Shown here one piece after another: positions 56,476 to 64,000 of a stretch of DNA of 64,000 bases. The DNA is taken from positions 122,315 through 186,314 of the IMG/VR virus record IMGVR_UViG_3300017963_007659, one strand, 5' to 3'. The position numbers and the translations under genes were made by a program. The notes under the pieces were generated by a model. It was not told where the DNA came from. It saw only the letters and a program-made list of their open reading frames with translations, and did no database searches. The DNA is from a virus. Numbering within the stretch: the first letter of the stretch is position 1; each line of letters opens with the position of its first letter.

Positions 56476-57710
56476 GCGAAAGCGGCTGCCATCATATTGT
56501 CGATGTTGGGAGTTTTCCCGACGCTGTTGAACACTGAGACGTCCGTGCCGCCTTGCTCAGCGATGAGCCGCCTGAGCCTCGTTCCGAGGTGTCTCTTGAG
56601 GTCATTCTGGTTAATCTGCAACCAGCCACAAGCAAGCTTGCTCAGCTTCCTGTAGTTGACAGCTCTCACGAAGTCCTCGTGCTTCGGCTTGCGCCCATTC
56701 TTCCAGTAGGCAGGGCGCTTCTTGTCGAGCGTCACCTCTTCAAGAGTCTTGCAGTACTTGTTCTCTACATACTGCTCGAACTCCGTGGGGATGATCTCCA
56801 GCGAGATGATACGGAGGTACGTTTGGTACCTATCGTCAAGACCTCGACTGAGCACACGGACGACCTCCCAGGTGTGCCGTGCTTCCTCTTCGTTCTGAGG
56901 GTCGACGCACATGTTGTGCAGTGACAGCTCTTGAACAGTAGCCGCATCTGCATGTGTTGGTCGGTCCAAACTGAGGGTCGTGACGAACCGCTCGAAATCC
57001 CGGTGAGGACCATCAGTCTCGACCTCCACGCTCGCCAACCGCGCTCGCGATTCATGCGTGTGGTGATGCAGAAGGTCCAGAGCCTCGTTGACGATGGCAC
57101 GACGAGCGAGGTTCAGACGAATCTTCTCGTTCGTGATGTGCCAGTTCAATTGGAGCAGTCGACAGCCCTCCATCCACAGGTCTTCAGCGAAGTCCTCCAG
57201 ACAGATGCCCCGGTCGTAGTTGGCGACGAACTGGAGCCGCTTGTACGCCATCGTCTTCGAGAAGGTCTTTAGCTTCAAAGCGAGCTTGGAGTACTGACGG
57301 GCATTGATTGGATCGAAGCACCATTCTTCCGCTTCGGCCTTTCGGAACATGTGGTCGCACTGCTCACCCGTCAGCCTGTCATAGATGAAGTAGACATCCT
57401 CACGGCTGACCTTGTGACGCCGCGCTACCGACCGAACGGACCGACTGCTACAGATAGCGTCCATGATCGCACGCCACAGATTCCTGTAGCCATTGGTGCG
57501 AGTGAACTGCGAGGCAATCTTCTCTTCGAGGAGCTTTGCCATTGGCCTACTCGTCAGACCCCGAAGATTCCGGCGCATCTCCCAAACGCCTCCCATGACA
57601 TGGGAACGCACAAGCTCTGTGCACACCGCATCAGCCTGGGTAAGGCTCCAGGCTCTTCCATATGTGGCAATGAACTCGGTCAGAGCTTCCTTGAACATAC
57701 AATCCTCCAA
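56472..57710 (-). CDS. Putative phage sigma-factor-like transcription protein
   Basis: HTH (SVRSVARRHKVSREDV); region-2-like EDFAEDLWMEG...ARRAIVNEALDLL; TLSLD. Confidence 0.45.
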   Translation of the reverse strand: MEDCMFKEALTEFIATYGRAWSLTQADAVCTELVRSHVMGGVWEMRRNLRGLTSRPMAKLLEEKIASQFTRTNGYRNLWRAIMDAICSSRSVRSVARRHKVSREDVYFIYDRLTGEQCDHMFRKAEAEEWCFDPINARQYSKLALKLKTFSKTMAYKRLQFVANYDRGICLEDFAEDLWMEGCRLLQLNWHITNEKIRLNLARRAIVNEALDLLHHHTHESRARLASVEVETDGPHRDFERFVTTLSLDRPTHADAATVQELSLHNMCVDPQNEEEARHTWEVVRVLSRGLDDRYQTYLRIISLEIIPTEFEQYVENKYCKTLEEVTLDKKRPAYWKNGRKPKHEDFVRAVNYRKLSKLACGWLQINQNDLKRHLGTRLRRLIAEQGGTDVSVFNSVGKTPNIDNMMAAAFA

Positions 57711-57789
57711 GCTTCAAGTATCAAGCTAGAACCACCAATTCCCGTTATACTTGAAAGCTGAAACGCTGTCAAGATAAATTTCCTGTTTC

Positions 57790-58620
57790 TTACGATAGCC
57801 CCCTCCGTCTTCTCTCATCCTTAATGAGTTTCGAGGCTTCGGACCGTCTGATGTTGTCTGGGGCTGGAATTCCCAGAGTCTTCAGCATCTTGAGTTGACG
57901 TTCCGTTGCTGGGATGTTGTTGAGTTTGTCCTGAATGATCTTCGAGGCTTGCCCCCTTGTCCAAGTTGGGTCAGCTTTGATACCCAACGATGCGAGCTTC
58001 TCTCTTTGTCTTTCTGTCGCGTCCTGGTCCTTCCACGCTTTGTCCTTGTTCTCTGTGGCAGCACCGGGGACCGGCGTAGGTGTGTCATCTTCCAGTACCT
58101 CCATGTCGTCGTCTTCGTCGTTGTCTGGACGTTGGGTCATCTCTGTGCCGCGAATCTTCCGGATGACGGCATTCACGTCTAGGAGGTACTTCCCTTCGTA
58201 TTCGATTCCGTAGGTGGGTGTAGGCACCGCTCCTTGTAGGAAGTGAGGGAAGACGAGAGCTGTGTTCTCTATCGCGTCTTCAAGAGTCGGATCGACTATG
58301 ATGTCGCGCAGCACGCCTCCGAACAGCTTCTTGAAGACGATCACTCCCTTCTCCAGATAGAACTTGTAGAGGGAGAGAACATCTGTCTCCAGCTCGTGCT
58401 GCCCATAGACCTGCATAGCCTGTCCTGGACCCAATAGAACAGCTCCAGACTGCCCTTGCAAAAGGACGACATGCGTCAATTCTTGAAGCTCCTTCAAGTC
58501 TACTGTCGCTGTAGCCTTCTTTCGTACAAAGGCAGGAGAGCTGTCTGGCTTCTGCACGATGTACCAGCGGCTCGTGCCTTTCAACGGGTTTTTCTTGAAT
58601 TTGAGAGACTTACCCATCAT
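57790..58620 (-). CDS. Hypothetical protein with two C-terminal ATERQ repeats
   Basis: ATERQREKLASLGI..TRGQASKII and ATERQLKMLKTLGI..RRSEASKLI. Confidence 0.7.
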   Translation of the reverse strand: MMGKSLKFKKNPLKGTSRWYIVQKPDSSPAFVRKKATATVDLKELQELTHVVLLQGQSGAVLLGPGQAMQVYGQHELETDVLSLYKFYLEKGVIVFKKLFGGVLRDIIVDPTLEDAIENTALVFPHFLQGAVPTPTYGIEYEGKYLLDVNAVIRKIRGTEMTQRPDNDEDDDMEVLEDDTPTPVPGAATENKDKAWKDQDATERQREKLASLGIKADPTWTRGQASKIIQDKLNNIPATERQLKMLKTLGIPAPDNIRRSEASKLIKDERRRRGLS

Positions 58621-58624
58621 CCAC

Positions 58625-59839
58625 CTACAACTCGAACGCTTCTTTGATAAGCTGCGAGATCCCTTCCTCGGAGAGAGGGTAGTCCAGGGTGAACATCTTC
58701 AGCACCTTCATCCGATGCAAAAGAGCGAGCAACAGAGAGTTCCGGATGCTGACTGGGATGACATCCAGCATGCTCACGACCTTGTTCCGCACTCTCCGTA
58801 GCTTCAGCTCGTTGTTGGTTTCCTTGATCTTCGATACGATATCCTCGCTCCAAGCCAGCGTCTCTGTTGTAGGAACTCCGGAATCAAGGAGGTCTTCTAC
58901 GTCAACCGCTGAAGACACGGTGTCCCCTAGCTTGAAGTCAGCGACGATGTTCTTGATCTTCTGGACCAAGGTATCTTTCTGCGTTGTCTTTTGAGTGATC
59001 CCCCAGATTTCCGGAATCGTACTGAGAACGATGTCTACAAGAGTCGTGGAGGTGACCATCTTCGCGTAGTCCTCCGTGCTGACCCTTCTGAGCTTCTCGG
59101 ACGCATCCAGCATGTCATAGAGCATCTTCATGCTGCGGACGTTGTAGCCAGGAGTCGTCGGCGTCACAGAGAGCGCTGTGTGCACGACCTTGGCTATCCT
59201 GGCTACCAGAGACCGAAGCTCCCTTGTGTCTTTCTTCGGTAGCGCTGACCGACGGACCTTCTCCACCAAGCCCACGAACGTGTCTGTTTCCTTCGTGGAG
59301 ATCGTCGTCTCCAGAATGCTGTTGAGCACTCCCTCTGTGAAGATAGACAGGTCGGGGACCTGCACACAGATGAAGCGAGAAGCTAGCGCCAGCTCCATGT
59401 AGAGCGACCCATAGGACTCAGGAGGGTTGACCGCTGCGAAGACGTACTCGACGCCGGTAGGCATGCCCATGACTGTCTTCTCCCGCACCAACTCGACGAG
59501 CTTGTGTTGGACCATCATGGTAGCGCGATTCAGCTCATCCAGGATGATCCCCTTCTTCCCCCAAATCGAGATGGGAGTGGGGACGTAGGACATCGGCTTA
59601 CCTTCAGCTAGGTCTCGTGGGTTTGGATATCCCAGCAGCTCCTCGGCTTGAAGGTTGGGAACGTCGTACTTCTGGACTTGAGCGTCAGGACCAGACAGAG
59701 CCTTGATCAGGACCACAGCACCTTCGGTCTTAGCGGCACCGTGTGTCCCAATGAAGAGGACCGGTTGCTTGGCGACCATGGCTGCCAGAACCACAGGTTC
59801 GATGTCACCCCAACCGTATATCCCAAATTGCTCAAGCAT
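58625..59839 (-). CDS. MoxR-type AAA+ ATPase
   Basis: PVLFIGTHGAAKT, IILDELNRA, FAAVNP, LALASRF. Confidence 0.88.
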   Translation of the reverse strand: MLEQFGIYGWGDIEPVVLAAMVAKQPVLFIGTHGAAKTEGAVVLIKALSGPDAQVQKYDVPNLQAEELLGYPNPRDLAEGKPMSYVPTPISIWGKKGIILDELNRATMMVQHKLVELVREKTVMGMPTGVEYVFAAVNPPESYGSLYMELALASRFICVQVPDLSIFTEGVLNSILETTISTKETDTFVGLVEKVRRSALPKKDTRELRSLVARIAKVVHTALSVTPTTPGYNVRSMKMLYDMLDASEKLRRVSTEDYAKMVTSTTLVDIVLSTIPEIWGITQKTTQKDTLVQKIKNIVADFKLGDTVSSAVDVEDLLDSGVPTTETLAWSEDIVSKIKETNNELKLRRVRNKVVSMLDVIPVSIRNSLLLALLHRMKVLKMFTLDYPLSEEGISQLIKEAFEL

Positions 59840-59881
59840 TCTGCTCCACCCTACAAGAAACGATTCTTGAAGTCAAGGAAA

Positions 59882-61621
59882 TTATCGTTCGATTTCCCTC
59901 AAGAGATTGATCTTCCTCGTCGCGATGCTCGACCACCCGTGTCGCTTCATACCTTCTCTTCTCTCCGTGCACAGAAGATAGACCTCCGTCTGCTTCGCTT
60001 GAAGAGTGTTGCGGTGCTCTGTGAGGAGTGTCCCGTCATCATCAGTGAGAATGAGGACCCGCTTGTAGCCCTCTTCCAGGATGTGACGTGCCACGGTATT
60101 GAAACAGGTGCCTTGGGATGTGAGCAGAATCTGTGTGTTCTTGGGGCGCTCCAAGAGAACTCCCGTCCCCGAGAATTGGTAGACCTTCCCCACATGCTGC
60201 TTCAAGTGTTGTACGATCCACGGGATGAAGAGGTACCAATGCCCCATGGATATAGACACATCTACATAGAGAGGCACCTTCTCCTCTGGTTTGTCCAGAT
60301 GGAGATTCCAGGAGGTTGGAGGATACCCAGCTCCCATCATTACGATGTCTTGACGATGAATCTGGTAGGGGTAGACAGACTTCCCACGAAGTCCTGTATC
60401 CTGAAGAGCTGGTGTGCTCATGATGCAACCAATCAGAGAGGCGACTTGGTTGAGCTTGTAGGAGAGGTCTACAACCGCGTTCTGCACATCGGAGGCTAGA
60501 TCGTCGAGAGTCATATCCCACGTTTCTTGTAGGAGCGCACCGTCCATACCGTCCAGGTTCACCTTCGGCACGACGATGGCGTGGAGGAGGTTGTTCCTGT
60601 TTCCACTCTGTGTCCACGCTGTGTCAGGTTCACCGCAAGGATCCTCCGAGTAGAGGGACTTCCCAGCCTCTAGCGCTTGCTCCACAGCAGTTTGGATGTC
60701 TTCTTTGGTAGGACCGTTGCTGTAGTCCTCTTCCATACCCTCGTAGTGGTCTATCTCTCCGTCTCTTTTCCCCTCGTTGGTTCCGATCTTCCCTGTGGCG
60801 GGGTCGATGGTATCGGAGTCTTCAAGAAACTCTTCTGCGGCTTCCTGTGATGCGGGGTTCCCCAAGACACCAATGGAGCCGTAGTCAGTGACACTCTCAC
60901 AGGACTCCGTGCAAGGCTGCTCCTCCGCATCCAGTCGCTCCTCTTCGTCTGCTTTCTGTATGAGCCACAAAACGAGCCGTCTCCCCGCTTTCATCCACTC
61001 TTCGTAGTCCACATGGGCGTAGCTCTCCGAGTCGCCGTCGTAGAGTCGCTGGTGTAGACGGAGGATCTCACGTTTGTGTGGGTCTGGATAGCCTACCTCT
61101 TTCATCCAGGACTTGAACTTGTAGCTCGCTGGATAGAGGATGGTCTGGATGTCCTTCTCATCCTTGTAGTATTCCGTCAGGAACTTGGGACGCAAGAGCC
61201 TGTACAGAGGACCATTGATATAGGCGTCCTCCAGCAGACCACTTGCGTTGGCTGAGATCCCTTGGAGGCGAGCGAACTTCAAGCGTCGGATGAGATAGTG
61301 GTTGCGTTCATGTAGGAGGATGAAGAGGAGGTCTGTGGTGGAGCGTATGTAATTCTTGAAGAATTCTACTCCGATGAGCACTTCTCCAATGATGATGTTG
61401 CATTGCGCTGTCTGTACCTTGTCGTCGAATGCTACTCGATTGACGTAACGGAGGACGTTCGCACAATCACCGTAGGCTCCATGCAGATGGGAACTCACCT
61501 CTGGGTGTGTCAGGTACGAGAGGAGAAGCGCGGACGCCTTCTCTATCTCTCCCAAACCGAGCGCCGAATGGATCTCATGGAGCGCTGGGACCTTATCATT
61601 GGTATGAAGAATTCCGAGCAT
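59882..61621 (-). CDS. Metallopeptidase-like/VWA domain protein (MoxR partner)
   Basis: HERNH (HExxH), DAYIN, YVDVSISM (MIDAS), GT.F, LTD. Confidence 0.85.
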   Translation of the reverse strand: MLGILHTNDKVPALHEIHSALGLGEIEKASALLLSYLTHPEVSSHLHGAYGDCANVLRYVNRVAFDDKVQTAQCNIIIGEVLIGVEFFKNYIRSTTDLLFILLHERNHYLIRRLKFARLQGISANASGLLEDAYINGPLYRLLRPKFLTEYYKDEKDIQTILYPASYKFKSWMKEVGYPDPHKREILRLHQRLYDGDSESYAHVDYEEWMKAGRRLVLWLIQKADEEERLDAEEQPCTESCESVTDYGSIGVLGNPASQEAAEEFLEDSDTIDPATGKIGTNEGKRDGEIDHYEGMEEDYSNGPTKEDIQTAVEQALEAGKSLYSEDPCGEPDTAWTQSGNRNNLLHAIVVPKVNLDGMDGALLQETWDMTLDDLASDVQNAVVDLSYKLNQVASLIGCIMSTPALQDTGLRGKSVYPYQIHRQDIVMMGAGYPPTSWNLHLDKPEEKVPLYVDVSISMGHWYLFIPWIVQHLKQHVGKVYQFSGTGVLLERPKNTQILLTSQGTCFNTVARHILEEGYKRVLILTDDDGTLLTEHRNTLQAKQTEVYLLCTERREGMKRHGWSSIATRKINLLREIER

Positions 61622-61755
61622 ATGCCTCCAAGCCTATCAGGCTGAGCTTCAAAAAACAAGCAGATTATTACTTCAAGAATTACGATATGTTGGAGACTAA
61701 TTTCCTATCCAGACTGTGCTGGGAGACCGGATACTACAGAATATTCGCTAATACT

Positions 61756-62301
61756 CTAGGACAATAGACCGGTGCGCGACGAGAGGATATTACTACATGA
61801 CTTCGCCAACTTGAAGATGTTGAACTGCATGTCATCGATCCTCCACATACCCTTCCTGATGAGGTACTGTGTCAAAATCAGGGCTGCGAACTTCGGCACG
61901 CCAAGAGGTCTACCACGGTCCCCTGGGTGTTCAGATGCTAGCACCCTTAATCTTTTGACGAGTTCAGTTGGAAGTGTGACGCGGACTTCGGTTTCGGCGC
62001 GTTCGTCGAGTCCTGGGATGGCGAAGCTCTTCGCGACGAGTTGAGCGAGCTTCATGCTTCGGCTGCGGACTGCGGGGGCTTTGTACTCCAATGTAGCAAG
62101 GTCGACGGCTTCGGAACTCTTGCCGTTGGAAATCATCTCAGCAAACCTGTGTAGGTTGTCATGGCACGTGGGGCACAGGTATACGAGATTGTCTTTGGTG
62201 TCTTTTCCTCCTGCGGCTCGGGGGACTTTGTGGTGTTCATGTGCGAGTTTTCTTGGTTTCAACTGTTTGCAAATGTAGCAGGTGACCAATTGTACGCCCA
62301 T
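61756..62301 (-). CDS. HNH endonuclease with C-terminal extension
   Basis: CYIC...HEHHKVPRAAGG...NLVYLCPTCHDNLH. Confidence 0.85.
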   Translation of the reverse strand: MGVQLVTCYICKQLKPRKLAHEHHKVPRAAGGKDTKDNLVYLCPTCHDNLHRFAEMISNGKSSEAVDLATLEYKAPAVRSRSMKLAQLVAKSFAIPGLDERAETEVRVTLPTELVKRLRVLASEHPGDRGRPLGVPKFAALILTQYLIRKGMWRIDDMQFNIFKLAKSCSNILSSRTGLLS

Positions 62302-62419
62302 GTCTTACGGACTCCTTGCTGGTAGTCAGGTCCCTCTAGCCTTAGAGTAGACCGGTAACATAAATCCTGAAAATCAGGAAATGTGACGGAAACACAAAAC
62401 AAGGATTCAGATATGGATT

Positions 62420-62665
62420 TTACAGCAGAACAAGTAGGTGCCTAGCTTTGACTAGTTTTTTCAGATTTGAAGAGAGTTTGAGTGCCTTCAAGGAGATCAT
62501 GTCCGTGAGAGTCAGTGTTTGTCCTGGCTGGATACCGAGACGGAGAACGACTCCCGTTGGGTAGTTGTTCTCTCCAATCTCCGGATAGTGTAAGCTGATC
62601 TCACCAGATGTGCCGTTCTTGACTGTGACACTTTGTGTAGCTAGAGCTTTCATGAGCTTGTGCAT
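62420..62665 (-). CDS. Hypothetical protein
   Basis: AAGGA RBS; TGTTATCT motif upstream on the minus strand. Confidence 0.65.
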   Translation of the reverse strand: MHKLMKALATQSVTVKNGTSGEISLHYPEIGENNYPTGVVLRLGIQPGQTLTLTDMISLKALKLSSNLKKLVKARHLLVLL

Positions 62666-62698
62666 GACAGGAGTTTCCTTTCAGGTATAGATAACAAA

Positions 62699-64000
62699 CT
62701 AGCGGGGCACACCTGTGCCAAAGGGAAGTTGAGACTCTTTGGCAGCATCGTAGTTTCCTAAGAGGTCGTAGAAATTGTCAAGGGTGAGAGTGAGCTTCCC
62801 CATGTTGTCTACGCCTGCGTTGAGCGGGATGTCGCCAACTCTGGGGGCACGTGTGGTTTGATTCCCACGAGCAGCAGAAGGAACCATGGCTGCCATCTTG
62901 TCCCTACCAATTAGGTTCCTGAGAACCTCTGGATTGATCTTTGTTGCTGCTCCAAGCTTCGCCTCATTCATGAGGGTTGCGATTCCTCCAGGGGCTGGAG
63001 CAATAGCTGATGAGAGGTCCGCCGTTCGTCGTTCGTCCATGAAACGTTGACCAGCGTCTATAGCAACCTCTTCTCCACCAGCCACAGGTGTAGCTGCTTG
63101 AGCTGAGCGTTCTGCCAGCATGCGATCCGCAGCCGCTAGAGCTGCTTCATCCTCTCTTTTGGACTTCGACTTGGCGCGCTCTGCTATGGTCTCGCCTTTA
63201 GCTGCTGCGATGCGATGCTTCAAGGATTTGAGAGAGGCTCCTGTTCGAGCGGCACGGAGCTTCAGCGCTCCCTCAATAGCTTCCGGAGAGGCTCCCTTTG
63301 CTTGTAGAGCTTTGGAGATGTCGGCTGCGAGGTCTGGACGTCCCCACATGAGGCCAATGGGGCTCTTTCCGTTGTACCTCATCTTGTCGAGGTCGGAAGC
63401 TGATTTGCCTTCCAGGTCGCTAGGCATACCCCCTGTTATTTGATCTAGCATGTCTTTTCTGGCTGCTGTACCGCCAGAAGCAACCACATTCTCAAAGCGT
63501 CGGTCCCACAGTCCACCAGTGACCGCACGGAGTCCTCTACTTAGGAGGTCTTTCCGCTGAGGTCCCTTGGTGACCTTCAGTTCTCCAGCTTCGATGTCTT
63601 TCTTCTCTCGCTTGGCAATCGCCTCTTCTACACGTTGGGATTCTTCTCTCCACTCTAGGATGCTCTTATCCGTCTTGGCTATACGACGAGCAATCCGCTC
63701 GGAAACGAGCAGAGTTCCTGCGAGAGCTGCGAAGGGTGCCGCGAGAGCTGCACCGGCTTTGAGAGCTACGCCTGCTTTCCCGACGAGACCCAAGACGTTG
63801 GCGATAAGACCGCCTCCACCGCCCATAGCAGCGCCGAGAGCGAACTTCCCTGCCGTGACCCCAGAAGCCAGGAACGCGGCTCCCATGCCCCCAAGAGAGC
63901 GCATAATGCCGCCGCCACCGCCTCCTCCAGCAAGAGCCATGGCACCCCCACCCCCCCCACCACCCCCCCGAAGAAGACCCCCCACCGCCGAAGCCCCGCC
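62699..64000 (-). CDS. Probable tape measure protein C-terminal part (continues beyond window)
   Basis: Frame open to the window edge; Gly/Ala-rich amphipathic and hydrophobic segments. Identity inferred from composition. Confidence 0.6.
   Translation of the reverse strand, partial: GGASAVGGLLRGGGGGGGGAMALAGGGGGGGIMRSLGGMGAAFLASGVTAGKFALGAAMGGGGGLIANVLGLVGKAGVALKAGAALAAPFAALAGTLLVSERIARRIAKTDKSILEWREESQRVEEAIAKREKKDIEAGELKVTKGPQRKDLLSRGLRAVTGGLWDRRFENVVASGGTAARKDMLDQITGGMPSDLEGKSASDLDKMRYNGKSPIGLMWGRPDLAADISKALQAKGASPEAIEGALKLRAARTGASLKSLKHRIAAAKGETIAERAKSKSKREDEAALAAADRMLAERSAQAATPVAGGEEVAIDAGQRFMDERRTADLSSAIAPAPGGIATLMNEAKLGAATKINPEVLRNLIGRDKMAAMVPSAARGNQTTRAPRVGDIPLNAGVDNMGKLTLTLDNFYDLLGNYDAAKESQLPFGTGVPR

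Noticed and set aside
61622-62419. Recoded gene-end duplication around the HNH gene, like the TnpB locus
   Set aside because: No translated match to the neighbouring gene ends was found by eye in either flank.
507-63963. Numerous antisense or alternative-frame ORFs in the track (e.g. 52494..53477, 31633..32604, 42750..43646)
   Set aside because: They are shadows of strongly biased sense genes, with no RBS or motifs.
1-64000. CRISPR array (CTTGTAG resembles the 3' end of Cas12a repeats)
   Set aside because: Copies are dispersed, mostly intragenic, on both strands and not regularly spaced; no repeat-spacer array or cas gene was seen.
1-64000. tRNA or rRNA genes
   Set aside because: No cloverleaf with T-loop/D-loop signatures was recognised in the intergenic gaps; tRNAscan-SE would confirm.
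1-64000. Alternative genetic code (stop-codon recoding)
   Set aside because: Long conserved genes are uninterrupted, and TAA, TAG and TGA all end genes normally.

Overview
The window is part of a large (jumbo-type) contractile-tailed dsDNA bacteriophage genome in the standard genetic code; the host cannot be determined from the sequence. Recognisable modules are a class II ribonucleotide reductase with a mini-intein and tail genes (very large sheath, tube, and a chaperone pair with a -1 frameshift site). An accessory block at about 18.3-31.2 kb holds two RNA ligases, kinase-like, ART-like, ParB-like and Phd-like genes and a DnaX clamp loader. It is followed by SbcC, a packaging/head module (terminase, intein-containing portal, protease, scaffold, decoration protein, major capsid) and a minus-strand block (sigma-like protein, MoxR ATPase/VWA pair, HNH, tape-measure C-terminus). 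The standout is a 1333-bp TnpB-only element inserted at a GG dinucleotide inside a structural gene. It carries a synonymously recoded 91-nt replacement of that gene's 3' end, while the displaced original end sits where the TnpB guide is read: an apparent RNA-guided cut-and-rescue homing cassette. Also notable are a catalytically dead TnpB under a phage promoter motif, a strongly over-represented ATTCTTGWAG motif, and two classes of putative phage promoter motif. All annotations are by-eye motif recognition; no database searches were run.
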